From: Tubiluchus corallicola
Taxonomy: Eukaryota; Animalia; Priapulida
Assembly: GCA_030141605.1 (NCBI GenBank)
Contig: JAQGDQ010002374.1
Location: 1 to 64,000 of the forward strand
Length of the DNA: 64,000 bases
Direction: 5' to 3'
In this document: in pieces, positions 24,301 to 38,117 of the stretch
How the letters are laid out: the number at the start of each line of letters is the position of its first letter
Numbering within the stretch: position 1 is the stretch's first letter
The notes under the pieces: model-generated
What the model was told of the DNA's origin: nothing
Database searches by the model: none
Seen by the model: the letters and a program-made list of their open reading frames with translations, nothing else
Translations under genes and position numbers: made by a program

Positions 24301-27300
24301 TGTTTTTTCTTCTTTCTGCTCGATCTTTAAACAAGTTTAACAAAAAATTAAAAGACAAGAAGAAGTTGAAAAGAAACACAAGATCAAACAGCAAAAAGTA
24401 TTTTTACTGTTTTAATTTGTGAGACACATTATGGAAATTTAAAGAAAAATAAATATCAAGAAAAGTAACTTTCATGATAGAATTAGAAAAATCTGTGTAG
24501 TTGTTTAAAATATGGGTAACACAATTTTAATAATTAATGTTAAGTCCATTACCAATCATGGCAAAATTAACCATTTTTTCATTAACACTGAATATTTGGT
24601 TGGCAAGCTATAAGGGATGAACTTTGGACTGCCTTGATCACTAGTGAGTATGGTAGCTTACTGGTCTAATGCATCTGCCTCCTAAGCAGAAAGTCTATGG
24701 TTAAAATCCAAGCTATATTCCAACTTTTTTTTTACATTTCCTGCTTCTCAAATTTGGTATTAAAATGTAATTGACAATGGGTTTATAACAGCAAAAGAAT
24801 AACTAATATGTTCCACACATTTAGATACATAGATTTAAAAAGGCATCATTATACCTCTATAGCTCCCTTTTCACCGACTAGCTGCTTGTGCTCACCATCT
24901 TCTTGACAAACGATGCGATTTAATAAGTTGATGCTGAGTTCTTGGAGACCAGAATCCTGATGCTCTTTTACTGTCTTCAGCAACACTTCAACCAATTTCT
25001 TATATGTAAATAACTAAACCAAAGATTATTTATTATCGCTCAAGTTTTGAAGAAAAGCAATCAATTATTCAGGCAAAACCAGAAAAAAACCATGAACAAA
25101 GTTAGTTCTTCAGTTTTCTGTTGTGAAAAAGGCCTGTGTAGGTACTCAAATAAAAAGCTATATATTCCATTTAATTAAAATGGGGCTGCTTTCTATGCGC
25201 TACAACAAATTTTTGAAATTCATATTTGTCTTCGAATCTGTATTACCCTTGTAAGCAGAAGAGAAACAACAAAGAAGGTTTGTCGGAAGCAGATAGTTTA
25301 AAAAAGTTTGGAAAACCACCCAGTACACGTCCATCCTTTCGTTGTCAAGATGATTATAATCATCAGAAAAAACTTTAAAAAATGGCATTAAAATACCTCT
25401 CAGGACAGTTAATTTATATTACAATTAATATTTCAAAGGAAAACAAATAATAATACAAATACCACATCATCAGGCATGGAAAATTTGTTGAGAGTTTCCA
25501 TGCCGTTTCTCATCATCTGAAAGAAGACAAAATGACAAATTAATTTGAAGCTGCTTAACTCAGCTTATCAAATTACAGTAGCACCAACTGCACAGCTACA
25601 CATTTTGAAAATTATATTTTTGAGAGATTTGCCAATGATAATTATTATTAATATTATTACGAGGCAAAAGACTGATTTTAGCTGACATAACATGACACAC
25701 AATATACAACAAATCTAATCTTATAAAAAACAAATAAAATTTAAAAATAAATGAGCAGACAATTACTCCTTTTTGGTAAATATGTTTCATCTCGGAGCGC
25801 CAGTAAAGTGATAAATTCCAGGGTGTGCAAACCGCGCCCACCGAGAAATGTTGTGCAACCTAATAAAAGTGCGACCCAGGCAATGAATTGAGTCGCAGGT
25901 ATCAGGAGGTTGTTTCCTGCTAAAGTCCACAATAAGAGGACCAACCAGCCAATCTCCAGGTTTCTATTATAGGGCCCGTTGTGTCAGCCCAGGCATCGTC
26001 TTGGTCATCGTAGGTTGATCATTTTCGTTTGGCAATTTTATAATATATGTTTTATTCAAATAATAACCAAGTCAAAATGGCCTACCTACTACCTAAAAGA
26101 AAGCGACTTGGCCAATCAATTTATAGGTAGCTTGCAAGTTTAAAGTGTGGTCACCTTTGATATGGGGGATTCCCAGATTTTAGTTTCTGTTTAACCTCGA
26201 TCAGTTGTTGTTTCAGGGTTTCATCAGGTGTAATGTTCTTATAGATCAGAATCAGAGCTAATGTGCATTGTAATAAGATTACCAATTTCTGACATAAAGG
26301 TTGAATTATATGGTTTTAACATTTAATAACTTCTAGAATAGTTTTCCTCAGTGTAGTAGTAATGATGCGTGTTGAAGGCCAGATGTCAAAAAATCTCTAT
26401 TAGGCCTTACTGTTCTTGGTTCCTTGACCAAACTGCATGCGGCTCACTAGAATTGCTGAAAAACTTAATGTGGACCAGCTAGTGAGATAATTTGCATACC
26501 CCTGAGCTACAGGATTAAGTAATCTCTGGAGTGAAAAATTATCCATCATCTTATCTTATCACAGTGCCGCAAAAACACAGAATAGAAATGCAAAAAAATG
26601 ATTACTAGCTATAACATACCACTGAATCCGTGTTGAACCTATCCATTCCATTTATTAAAGCAGTAATAATTTTCCTAAGAAAGAATTTCATCTTTATTGT
26701 TGGCTTTTAAAATGTTCAAAACACCAATTACCTGTTTTCAATGTGACGTGTGCAACACTTAATTATATTGCATCAAAGTATACATACAATAATCAATTTT
26801 CAAGAAGTATTCCTAAAAAGCTTCATTTTTGTTTAGAGAGAAAATTTACAAGTATTATATTTAGTATAGGCGATGTATAAAATGCATGTCGTTTACTACA
26901 TTTAGAAAAATTTCGCCATAGTTAAAGTAGAGCTACAGGCCACCCTGTGCAAAATGTTTTAACACAATGATAGTGATACCCAGGAAAAACACTGCTAAAA
27001 GTTCCAGCAAGCATACGAACTAGACTGCCTTTATCCAATCACATTTTGTGAAAATTTGACTAAATTAAATGAACTAAATCCGATTAACTCGATTTAATTA
27101 AAAGCATAAAATCCAGTTACAGCAAATGCATATAAAAAGACTAGCTAGCTTCAAACTCACTTTATCAATTCATTCAAATATCTCAGTAAACATAGGGGTT
27201 ATTTCATACAAATATGCAGTATTTAACACTGCATTCACAATTAACTCACCTTCTTTCTTCGTCAGCAAAAATTGGCTTCTCATCACTCTCCATAATGAGA

Positions 27301-27572
27301 AACAGAAACTCACTAAATACGAAAAAAATGATTTTCAAATCTTGTTGCTAACTATAAAGACAAAACTATCGAAGCATCTTATACGATTTGTCTCTAGCAT
27401 TTTCATACTTAACACATTTTTATGCTAAACCTTCACCTGATATTTACTTAACACATGAGAATTACTAATTTATGTAAAAGGTACAAACTCTATAAAACTG
27501 ACATAGCTCTTACCTTCCGAGTATCTGCACTTGTTTATTATAACGATGGCTTTCCATGGCGGTTATAATCAA
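21331..27572 (-). CDS. ZER1/ZYG-11-like ARM-domain paralog A (exons 2-12; exon 1 missing at the inversion breakpoint)
   Basis: Reverse-complement near-copy of B; exons include DETPSNCRRFLAGNG, GLLSNVAEVKELR, DGIEVSY..GVLAHIASDG, SFEPILRLL...VQHWAVWTLAN and KYCGLIKTEGG, collinear with the ZER1 C-terminus. Confidence 0.78.
22452..22601 (+). mobile_element. tRNA-derived SINE in an intron of copy A
   Basis: GGCGGCATAGCTCAGTTGG (A box) ... GGTTCAACTCC (B box), non-tRNA body and (ATA)n tail. Confidence 0.7.
24646..24721 (+). pseudogene. Degenerate tRNA-like sequence (Arg-CCT-like anticodon arm) followed by a T-run
   Basis: Acceptor-like gagtatg/tatattc pairing, anticodon arm ctgc-ctcctaa-gcag, degenerate T-loop ggttaaaatcc; copies at 34874-34949 (-) and 60364-60439 (-); absent from copy C. 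Confidence 0.55.
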
Positions 27573-27929
27573 CTGAAAAATAAAATGTTTTTTTTATTAG
27601 TGGCTCAAGAAAACCCTGTAAAAATGTTTTGAATTTGAATGTGTGGCGAAAGTTTTTTCTCATTACGTTCTAGATATCGATACAATATGGTTCAATGTCA
27701 CATATAATGAAAAATGCACTGAAAAAAGTACATTTGTACTTGCTGTTTTGGCATTTATAGACCTTCTTTCAGCGTTTAACCAACTGACTTAAATGCTCAT
27801 TAAACTCCTAGAATGTTTCTCTGCTTTCTTCTGCAGCAAAGAACTAATCTTGCCTAGCAGATAAATAAATAACAACATTCACAGAAGAAAACAATATGTA
27901 CATAAACAATTTTCCTATATATTTTGGGT

Positions 27930-28715
27930 AGTATATTGAGACCCCTATTGTTTGTTTTATTTATTGACAACTTCCTGAAGTTCTCAATCCTGTTACTTGT
28001 AAATTATATGCTGATGATTTGAAAATGTATCGACATTTATTATTGCATTGTGCTATTGACCAATTAACAGACTGGTTATACAAATGGCAACTAGATATAG
28101 CTGCACACAAATGCACCATAAGGGCTTTGGTAATCCTTATCTTCAGTATTTTCTTGATGGCACACCTCCCCCCTCCCCCTTATGCATAGTAACAAATGTA
28201 ATGACATGGGTGTTACAGTATCATCCGATTTGAAATTCTCGTCACATTGTAAAACCTAGTTTCTAAAGCATCTTGTATGGTAAATATGATTTTTCGGTGT
28301 TTCTACACTTAAAACAAAACTGCACGGTTGACTGCTTATGGAGATTATGTGCATCCCTTGTTGGAGTACTGCTCATCAGTGTGGTCCCCTCACCATATGC
28401 AAGATATTGACAGCATTGAAAAGGTTCAGGGATATTTTTCTCGTAGGCTGTTCCTATGATGTCAGTTTAATTTGGTTTGTTATTTAGACGTGCTGTCAGA
28501 ACTAGAATTGCAGCCATTCGAATTGAGGTGCCTCCTCTGTGATCTTAAGATGGTGCACAAAATTTGTCGTAAAATAGTGGGTTTAAGTTTTGATGATTTT
28601 TTTCTACAACCAATCACTAGCATGGTGACAACTTTAAACTATTTACGTCTTACTCGAGAGTGAAACTAAAAAATTTTCATTTGCTCAAAAAGTTGTAAAC
28701 ATTTGCAATGCTCTG
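27930..28715 (+). mobile_element. CR1-like LINE fragment (copy A intron 1)
   Basis: KLYADDLKMY (YADD motif) near 28000-28030 and the LEYCSSVWSP motif, with frameshifts. Confidence 0.8.
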
Positions 28716-30482
28716 GATTCTCACAATTTTAATATATGTATAAATGTCAATAATAAATGAACAAATAAATAATAAAAACATGATGAAAACGCAGATACTC
28801 GAGTTTGTGTAGAAAATCAAAGTTGTTTACTTTATACTGTTTAACAAGCTTGTCTGACAACAAAGTGCATTATAGTCCAATATGTGTCAGCTAAATATTA
28901 ACAATGTTTAATAGTGAAGAGAAAGTTTAATTAATTTATAGTTCATAATAAAATTTATTGGTCGTCATCTCAGTCGGGGAAAACCGTTTTCAGTTGCTAG
29001 GCAAGAACTGAGATTATAGATTATAGATTATAGATCCACACATCCAAATAAGGATGACCTTGTTTGATGCACAGAGACGAGGGGCGCGTCTATAGAGTCA
29101 ACGATATCAGCCGCACTTCTGAGCTGAGGAGAAGAGAGGGTTAGAGACTGATGGCTTCACACTAGGCTACATTTGTAATGTCTTTTCTGACTGTATTTAT
29201 AGTTAATAAACATAAGTTTCCCTCTTCCACATTCGAATTCCTACTGAGTTATAGCTTTGCCCTCACTCACGTGTTCTAACTGTCATCAAAGCAAATAGGA
29301 ACTTTGTACTTGTTTATCACTGGTAGATGCTATAAACGTTGCAGTTTCTTTTTAAGTTTATTTCTAGTTTTATGCGTGCTTGGTGGAGACATCATCTCAA
29401 ACCTTGCAGACATGGCTAATCACACGTGGGAGGTCACTTCGGCAGGGAGAGAAAGTCAGGTAAAGAAACAGAATTATTTAAATCACTCACAATTTATTTA
29501 AGTATTCTAAATAATTAAATGAACAAAACAGAAATTATTTCAAACGGGTTTTAAAGGGCGATAAATGCGTTGTGCATATTGAGAAATCTACTTATATATG
29601 AGGCAATACATGGATGTAAAATATCACTTTTTGTTCAATATGTTTAGGTCTGGGTTTCTGATTACGTTTGTTTTTTTCTGCGAGTTTTTACCTCTGACTT
29701 TTTTACCTGCCACTGCAAATTAACAGCACGTCTGGTACTCAAACACACCAGTACATAAGTATGCTGTACAAAATTTTGCAGTATGTGTATTAAAATTCAT
29801 TAAAAGGAGTTTTAGTATCTGCACTTTAAGCACCCCAATTGTAAGTTTATCTTACACTTAGATGTAGTGAACTAACTTCAATGAACTAATTGCAGTGATT
29901 TTGAAATAGACATTAACATCCTCAGTATAGATGGTTATTCATTATAGTTGTTACTAGAAATATTGAAACACACTAATTAAAGCAACAAAGAAATATTGTA
30001 GTAAATCACCCAACTCTTCTCGAAATTTGATGCCAGTGCAGGTGACAGACAACAAGAGAATGACACACCCTTTACACCAATAATCAGATTTCCTGGCACA
30101 AGACAATCACTTTACAATAATCAGCAGAGTTGAAGGTGTAACAGCATGTTATTTGCGGGTTGCTTTGGTCACAGATGTCGAGCTTTTATTTTAGAGTATG
30201 TGAGATCAGAAATGTGGCTACATAATTAAAACTGATTAAGCTATTGTTTTAAAATATCACTAAAAAGTGATAATTACGTTGATATTTTTAGGCAAGGTAG
30301 TCAAAATATCAAGAAAATATATTAAGGCGAGTTTAGAATTGTTTTAATTTTGCCACTTTTCGATATTTAGTCAAGCACTTGTGTGTTTGTATTCAAGATG
30401 TTGTGTTTAGCCATTTGTATTTTTAGCCATTTAATGGGATAGTAATGTAAACTAATGTCAGTCTGTTACTTGATTCATGCAG

Positions 30483-33400
30483 GTTGCTGGAGATGCTAAT
30501 GAACGACAGATCATAACATCACTGGAACACAACATGGACCGAGTTGTAGAGCTACTAAAGCCATTGAATGATTTACTTCAACTATATAGGACAAAGAAAG
30601 TGCGTTATAACCACCGCGCACTTGAGGTACAGTGAACATGAGTAAATTCACAATTATACTAATAGGGCAAAACATGTTGGTTTTAAAATCACTTTGAAAT
30701 TTCTTTAATAGCTGTAACTAGCTGATCATGCACTTTGTTGTCAGACAAGCTTGTTAAACAGTATAAAGTAAACAACTTTGATTTTCTACACAAACTCGAG
30801 TATCTGCGTTTTCATCATGTTTTTATTATTTATTTGTTCATTTATTATTGACATTTATACATATATTAAAATTGTGAGAATCCAGAGCATTGCAAATGTT
30901 TACAACTTTTTGAGCAAATGAAAATTTTTTAGTTTCACTCTCGAGTAAGACGTAAATAGTTTAAAGTTGTCACCATGCTAGTGATTGGTTGTAGAAAAAA
31001 ATCATCAAAACTTAAACCCACTATTTTACGACAAATTTTGTGCACCATCTTAAGATCACAGAGGAGGCACCTCAATTCGAATGGCTGCAATTCTAATTCT
31101 GACAGCACGTCTAAATAACAAACCAAATTAAACTGACATCATAGGAACAGCCTACGAGAAAAATATCCCTGAACCTTTTCAATGCTGTCAACATCTTGCA
31201 TATGGTGAGGGGACCACACTGATGAGCAGTACTCCAACAAGGGATGCACATAATCTCTATAAGCAGTCAAAGGTGCAGTTTTGTTTTAAGTGTAGAAACA
31301 CCGAAAAATCATATTTACCATACAAGATGCTTTAGAAACTAGGTTTTACAATGTGACGAGAATTTCAAATCGGATGATACTGTAACACCCATGTCATTAC
31401 ATTTGTTACTATGCATAAGGGGGAGGGGGGAGGTGTGCCATCAAGAAAATACTGAAGATAAGGATTACCAAAGCCCTTATGGTGCATTTGTGTGCAGCTA
31501 TATCTAGTTGCCATTTGTATAACCAGTCTGTTAATTGGTCAATAGCACAATGCAATAATAAATGTCGATACATTTTCAAATCATCAGCATATAATTTACA
31601 AGTAACAGGATTGAGAACTTCAGGAAGTCGTCAATAAATAAAACAAACAATAGGGGTCTCAATATACTACCCAAAATATATAGGAAAATTGTTTATGTAC
31701 ATATTGTTTTCTTCTGTGAATGTTGTTATTTATTTATCTGCTAGGCAAGATAAGTTCTTTGCTGCAGAAGAAAGCAGAGAAACATTCTAGGAGTTTAATG
31801 AGCATTTAAGTCAGTTGGTTAAACGCTGAAAGAAGGTCTATAAATGCCAAAACAGCAAGTACAAATGTACTTTTTTCAGTGCATTTTTCATTATATGTGA
31901 CATTGAACCATATTGTATCGATATCTAGAACGTAATGAGAAAAAACTTTCGCCACACATTCAAATTCAAAACATTTTTACAGGGTTTTCTTGAGCCACTA
32001 ATAAAAAAACATTTTATTTTTCAGTTGATTATAACCGCCATGGAAAGCCATCGTTATAATAAACAAGTGCAGATACTCGGAAGGTAAGAGCTATGTCAGT
32101 TTTATAGAGTTTGTACCTTTTACATAAATTAGTAATTCTCATGTGTTAAGTAAATATCAGGTGAAGGTTTAGCATAAAAATGTGTTAAGTATGAAAATGC
32201 TAGAGACAAATCGTATAAGATGCTTCGATAGTTTTGTCTTTATAGTTAGCAACAAGATTTGAAAATCATTTTTTTCGTATTTAGTGAGTTTCTGTTTCTC
32301 ATTATGGAGAGTGATGAGAAGCCAATTTTTGCTGACGAAGAAAGAAGGTGAGTTAATTGTGAATGCAGTGTTAATTACTGCATATTTGTATGAAATAACC
32401 CCTATGTTTACTGAGATATTTGAATGAATTGATAAAGTGAGTTTGAAGCTAGCTAGTCTTTTTATATGCATTTGCTGTAACTGGATTTTATGCTTTTAAT
32501 TAAATCGAGTTAATCGGATTTAGTTCATTTAATTTAGTCAAATTTTCACAGAATGTGATTGGATAAAGGCAGTCTAGTTCGTATGCTTCCTGGAACTTTT
32601 AGCAGTGTTTTTCCTGGGTATCACTATCATTGTGTTAAAACATTTTGCACAGGGTGGCCTGTAGCTCTACTTTAACTATGGCGAAATTTTTCTAAATGTA
32701 GTAAACGACATGCATTTTATACATCGCCTATACTAAATATAATACTTGTAAATTTTCTCTCTAAACAAAAATGAAGCTTTTTAGGAATACTTCTTGAAAA
32801 TTGATTATTGTATGTATACTTTGATGCAATATAATTAAGTGTTGCACACGTCACATTGAAAACAGGTAATTGGTGTTTTGAACATTTTAAAAGCCAACAA
32901 TAAAGATGAAATTCTTTCTTAGGAAAATTATTACTGCTTTAATAAATGGAATGGATAGGTTCAACACGGATTCAGTGGTATGTTATAGCTAGTAATCATT
33001 TTTTTGCATTTCTATTCTGTGTTTTTGCGGCACTATGATAAGATAAGATGATGGATAATTTTTCACTCCAGAGATTACTTAATCCTGTAGCTCAGGGGTA
33101 TGCAAATTATCTCACTAGCTGGTCCACATTAAGTTTTTCAGCAATTCTAGTGAGCCGCATGCAGTTTGGTCAAGGAACCAAGAACAGTAAGGCCTAATAG
33201 AGATTTTTTGACATCTGGCCTTCAACACGCATCATTACTACTACACTGAGGAAAACTATCCTAGAAGTTATTAAATGTTAAAACCATATAATTCAACCTT
33301 TATGTCAGAAATTGGTAATCTTATTACAATGCACATTAGCTCTGATTCTGATCTATAAGAACATTACACCTGATGAAACCCTGAAACAACAACTGATCGA

Positions 33401-36400
33401 GGTTAAACAGAAACTAAAATCTGGGAATCCCCCATATCAAAGGTGACCACACTTTAAACTTGCAAGCTACCTATAAATTGATTGGCCAAGTCGCTTTCTT
33501 TTAGGTAGTAGGTAGGCCATTTTGACTTGGTTATTATTTGAATAAAACATATATTATAAAATTGCCAAACGAAAATGATCAACCTACGATGACCAAGACG
33601 ATGCCTGGGCTGACACAACGGGCCCTATAATAGAAACCTGGAGATTGGCTGGTTGGTCCTCTTATTGTGGACTTTAGCAGGAAACAACCTCCTGATACCT
33701 GCGACTCAATTCATTGCCTGGGTCGCACTTTTATTAGGTTGCACAACATTTCTCGGTGGGCGCGGTTTGCACACCCCTGGAATTTATCACTTTACTGGCG
33801 CTCCGAGATGAAACATATTTACCAAAAAGGAGTAATTGTCTGCTCATTTATTTTTAAATTTTATTTGTTTTTTATAAGATTAGATTTGCTGTATATTGTG
33901 TGTCATGTTATGTCAGCTAAAATCAGTCTTTTGCCTCGTAATAATATTAATAATAATTATCATTGGCAAATCTCTCAAAAATATAATTTTCAAAATGTGT
34001 AGTTGTGCAGTTGGTGCTACTGTAGTTTGCTAAGCTGAGTTAAGCAGCTTCAAATTAATCTGTCATTTTGTCTTCTTTCAGATGATGAGAAATGGCATGT
34101 TAACTCTCAACAAATTTTCCATGCCTCATGATGTGGTACTTGTATTATTTGTTTTCCTTTGAAATATTAATTGTAATATAAATTAACCGTCCTGAGAGGT
34201 ATTTTAATGCCATTTTTTAAAGTTTTTTCTGATGATTATAATCATCTTGACAACGAAAGGATGGACGTGTACTGGGTGGTTTTCCAAACTTTTTTAAACT
34301 ATCTGCTTCCGACAAACCTTCTTTGTTGTTTCTCTTCTGCTTACAAGGGTAATACAGATTCGAAGACAAATATGAATTTCAAAAATTTGTTGTAGCGCAT
34401 AGAAAGCAGCCCCATTTTAATTAAATGGAATATATAGCTTTTTATTTGAGTACCTACACAGGCCTTTTTCACAACAGAAAACTGAAGAACTAACTTTGTT
34501 CATGGTTTTTTTCTGGTTTTGCCTGAATAATTGATTGCCTTTCTTCAAAACTTGAGCGATAATAAATAATCTTTGGTTTAGTTATTTACATATAAGAAAT
34601 TGGTTGAAGTGTTGCTGAAGACAGTAAAAGAGCATCAGGATTCTGGTCTCCAAGAACTCAGCATCAACTTAGTAAATCGCATCGTTTGTCAAGCAGATGG
34701 TGAGCACAAGCAGCTAGTCGGTGAAAAGGGAGCTATAGAGGTATAATGATGCCTTTTTAAATCTATGTATCTAAATGTGTGGAACATATTAGTTATTCTT
34801 TTGCTGTTATAAACCCATTGTCAATTACATTTTAATACCAAATTTGAGAAGCAGGAAATGTAAAAAAAAAGTTGGAATATAGCTTGGATTTTAACCATAG
34901 ACTTTCTGCTTAGGAGGCAGATGCATTAGACCAGTAAGCTATCATACTCACTAGTGATCAAGGCAGTCCAAAGTTCATCCCTTATAGCTTGCCAACCAAA
35001 TTCAGTGTTAATGAAAAAATTGTTAATTTTGCCATGATTGGTAATGGACTTAACATTAATTATTAAAATAATTAATTATTCTCATACTCCAAGATTTGTC
35101 TGCGTTACCCATATTTTAAACAACTACACAGATTTTTCTAATTCTATCATGAAAGTTACTTTTCTTGATATTTTTCTTTAAATTTCCATAATGTGTCTCA
35201 CAAATTAAAACAGTAAAAATACTTTTTGCTGTTTGATCTTGTGTTTCTTTTCAACTTCTTCTTGTCTTTTAATTTTTTGTTAAACTTGTTTAAAGATCGA
35301 GCAGAAAGAAGAAAAAACAAACATGATAAAACTGTTGCAGGTGGAATATTAACAAAATCAACAATGAAGTTATAAAATTCAATTCTGATATTGTAGATAA
35401 TGTTAGCTGTGATAATGAAACGTCTAGAGAATCAAGTTTGCGATGATGTGATGCACCTTGCTTGGAAGACAATGTTGAATGTTACTGGTATGTATGTATT
35501 GAGCACTGCCAGTTTTATGCTGTTAATTCATATGTGATATTACTTTACACCAGTGTTGCCATGTAAACTGGCCATTTTTTGCATAGCATCAATGTTTTAG
35601 CAAATAATGTAATTGCATAAAACATGCATATGCCAAAAACTCTTACGTTTTGCCAAAGAAAGAAGTTAGGTTCATACAGAAAATGATGTTTGCTCTTTAA
35701 AGTTACAGTTAGTTGATGTTATACCCAGCGTTCTAATAAAATATATTTGTAAAAATTGATGCTGCCCGAAGAATTGAAATTACAATCTTTGATGATTGTT
35801 CGTGTGACTTTAAATTGTTGAAGTTTTAAAGATTTCCTCTTTTTGAGATCGTAATTAGTTATGGATATGGTTTCATGTGGTTAATTTACCATGAAGCGTT
35901 TATTGTACTTAATGTTATTATATTAGTATAACATGTTTTGCATTGAAATTTGTTTAATTTAATTGTTATGCTGTAGAGTATGAATGTTGCTTCAGTCAGT
36001 TAACTTGAGAACTTCTTTGTTGCTGTAGACGAAACGCCTTCAAACTGTCGTCGGTTTTTGGCTGGAAATGGAATGCATTTGTTCTTGCAGTGCTGGAGAG
36101 TGAGTGATTCATTAAGCAGATTTTTCCCGATTTATAACTTATTAATTAGTCAAGTCAATTTTATAGTTAAATGACAGTGCTTGTTGCTTATGAATGTTCT
36201 TAGTATCACCAAATTGTTCTTGTTATTTTCTTAGAAGTTTCCAGAGCGGGATGAATTGCTTGGAAGTATGATGGGTTTGCTAAGCAATGTGGCTGAAGTT
36301 AAAGAATTAAGACGTCATATGATGACAACTAAGTACATCAGTGTTTTTAGGTGGGTATTATTAAAGTAAAGCTAGTAAAGTGTAATTTACTAATAGTAAA

Positions 36401-38117
36401 GAGTTGCTATTTTACAATGTTTCAATTTTGCCACTTGATGATAGTGCACTAAACTTGTCGTGCCATTTCAAGAAAGTTTACCACATTAGTGTCACTAAAT
36501 ACTAAAATGCTGAGTCGTTTAAAATGTGAGGCAATTTGTCGGTTGGTTTGTCATGTTTATTGTTCGTAGAAGTTTCTTTTATTGACACTCAGATCAACTA
36601 AGATTATTCTGTTTAGTGTCTTTGTTGATTTTTAAATTGTTATTAATTTTTTTATGTAACTCAGTGAGCTGTTGGACAGGACTAGTGATGGTATAGAGGT
36701 CAGCTATAGGTCAGTTGGTGTCCTCGCTCACATAGCTTCAGATGGGCCGAGCAGTTGGACAATAAAAAGTCCAAGAAGGGTTGATGTTTTGGGCAGAATG
36801 GAAAAGGCTATTGAAAGCTGGAGAGTGAATGAAGAGCTAAGAATTAACTACAGGTGCTGGCAGAATAACCTGCCCTAATTCAATTTATGATACATTTCTT
36901 TCACATGAAGAAAGATACATTACCTCGATGGAAAGAAAACGTAATAAAAATTTCATTTGGGACATAGTGCTGGGCTTAATTAACTCAATACTTATTTCCA
37001 AGTTGATCCCGATTATTATTATCTGTCTGTGATTTTGATAAACCCACGTGCTTGATTTAAGAACCAGCAGTACCATTTTTTAGTCTGGAATGATCTTTTA
37101 TTATGATTTTTTATTTAATTAGTTAAATGCATTTCTTAGTAGACCATAATTTTGCTGTTTAGTGTGCTGACAACACGTTCCACAAATAATTGTAATTTGA
37201 CGGATCTTGGAATTATTCACATAATGAAACCTGCAATTAAGAAAAACTAATATAAATTCTACTGCTTTACTGGGTATTACAAAAATGACAAATTCAGTGC
37301 ATGTCTCTTGAACTCCAATTTCTCTTTTTCATCTTTTCGTGAGTTGTAAAAATTAAAACAGGCACCAATAACATTTTCAGATCAGTGACGTCTTTTTAGC
37401 TTGATTCCATTTTGATGTAATTTCATTATATTTGCAGTTCATTTGAACCGATTCTTCGCTTGCTTCCTTGTTATCAAACACCTCAAGTTCAACATTGGGC
37501 AGTGTGGACTCTTGCCAATTTTACAAAACTTGATCGTAAGTGTTAATGAAATTAATTAATGCTTGACTTTTTGTAAAATTACAGTCTGTTTTTGTTTAAT
37601 GAACAAAGTTAATGAAGCGAGGTAATAGCTTGGTAATATTGATTACACTTATCTTTTAATTTGGAAACTAAAATAAAATTAAAATCTGTTACTACACCTC
37701 AAAGTGAATTGAGTTTGGAAATTGTCTGTTTTCTGTGTGTCATGTTTTAACTGCCCTAGCATTTCTGTTTAGGTTAGCCTTTCTATATTACTGTGACTGC
37801 TCTTTCATTCTGATCTGTTTTTAACATTACAGCCAACTACTGTTGTTGTTTAATTAGATTATAGACAGCTCTTTGTTGATTAAGTTGAGTTTTGCATTGC
37901 AGCTAGCAAGTATTGCGGATTGATTAAAGCCAAAGGTGGATTAGAGCTACTGAATGCACTGATACGTCATCCGGCTCCGTACAGTCACATAAAGCGACTT
38001 GCTCACATTGTTCTGCTTAATTGTCGTGCTAGTGTAAGTGCATTACATTATTCATTCAGTGAGTCCCGTAACACTATTAAGAAGTGTTGTTTTATGCCTG
38101 TTCACAACTGTCAATGA
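30483..38117 (+). CDS. ZER1/ZYG-11-like ARM-domain paralog B, 12 exons, ~437 aa, open
   Basis: Exons 30483-30626, 32025-32083, 32285-32347, 32923-32977, 34082-34135, 34582-34740, 35397-35487, 36029-36099, 36235-36350, 36665-36853, 37438-37535, 37903-38117; all GT-AG, phases compatible, 1314 nt in total with no internal stop; runs from VAGDANERQI (cf. ZER1 VSGDKNEEQV) to the C-terminus; start exon uncertain. Confidence 0.88.
30880..31670 (-). mobile_element. CR1-like LINE fragment (copy B intron 1)
   Basis: Reverse complement of 27930-28715. Confidence 0.8.

Noticed and set aside
27126-27428. 100-aa ORF MHIKRLASF... and its mirror at 32169-32471
   Set aside because: Antisense to ZER1-like exon 3 and its introns; it recurs only because of the duplication
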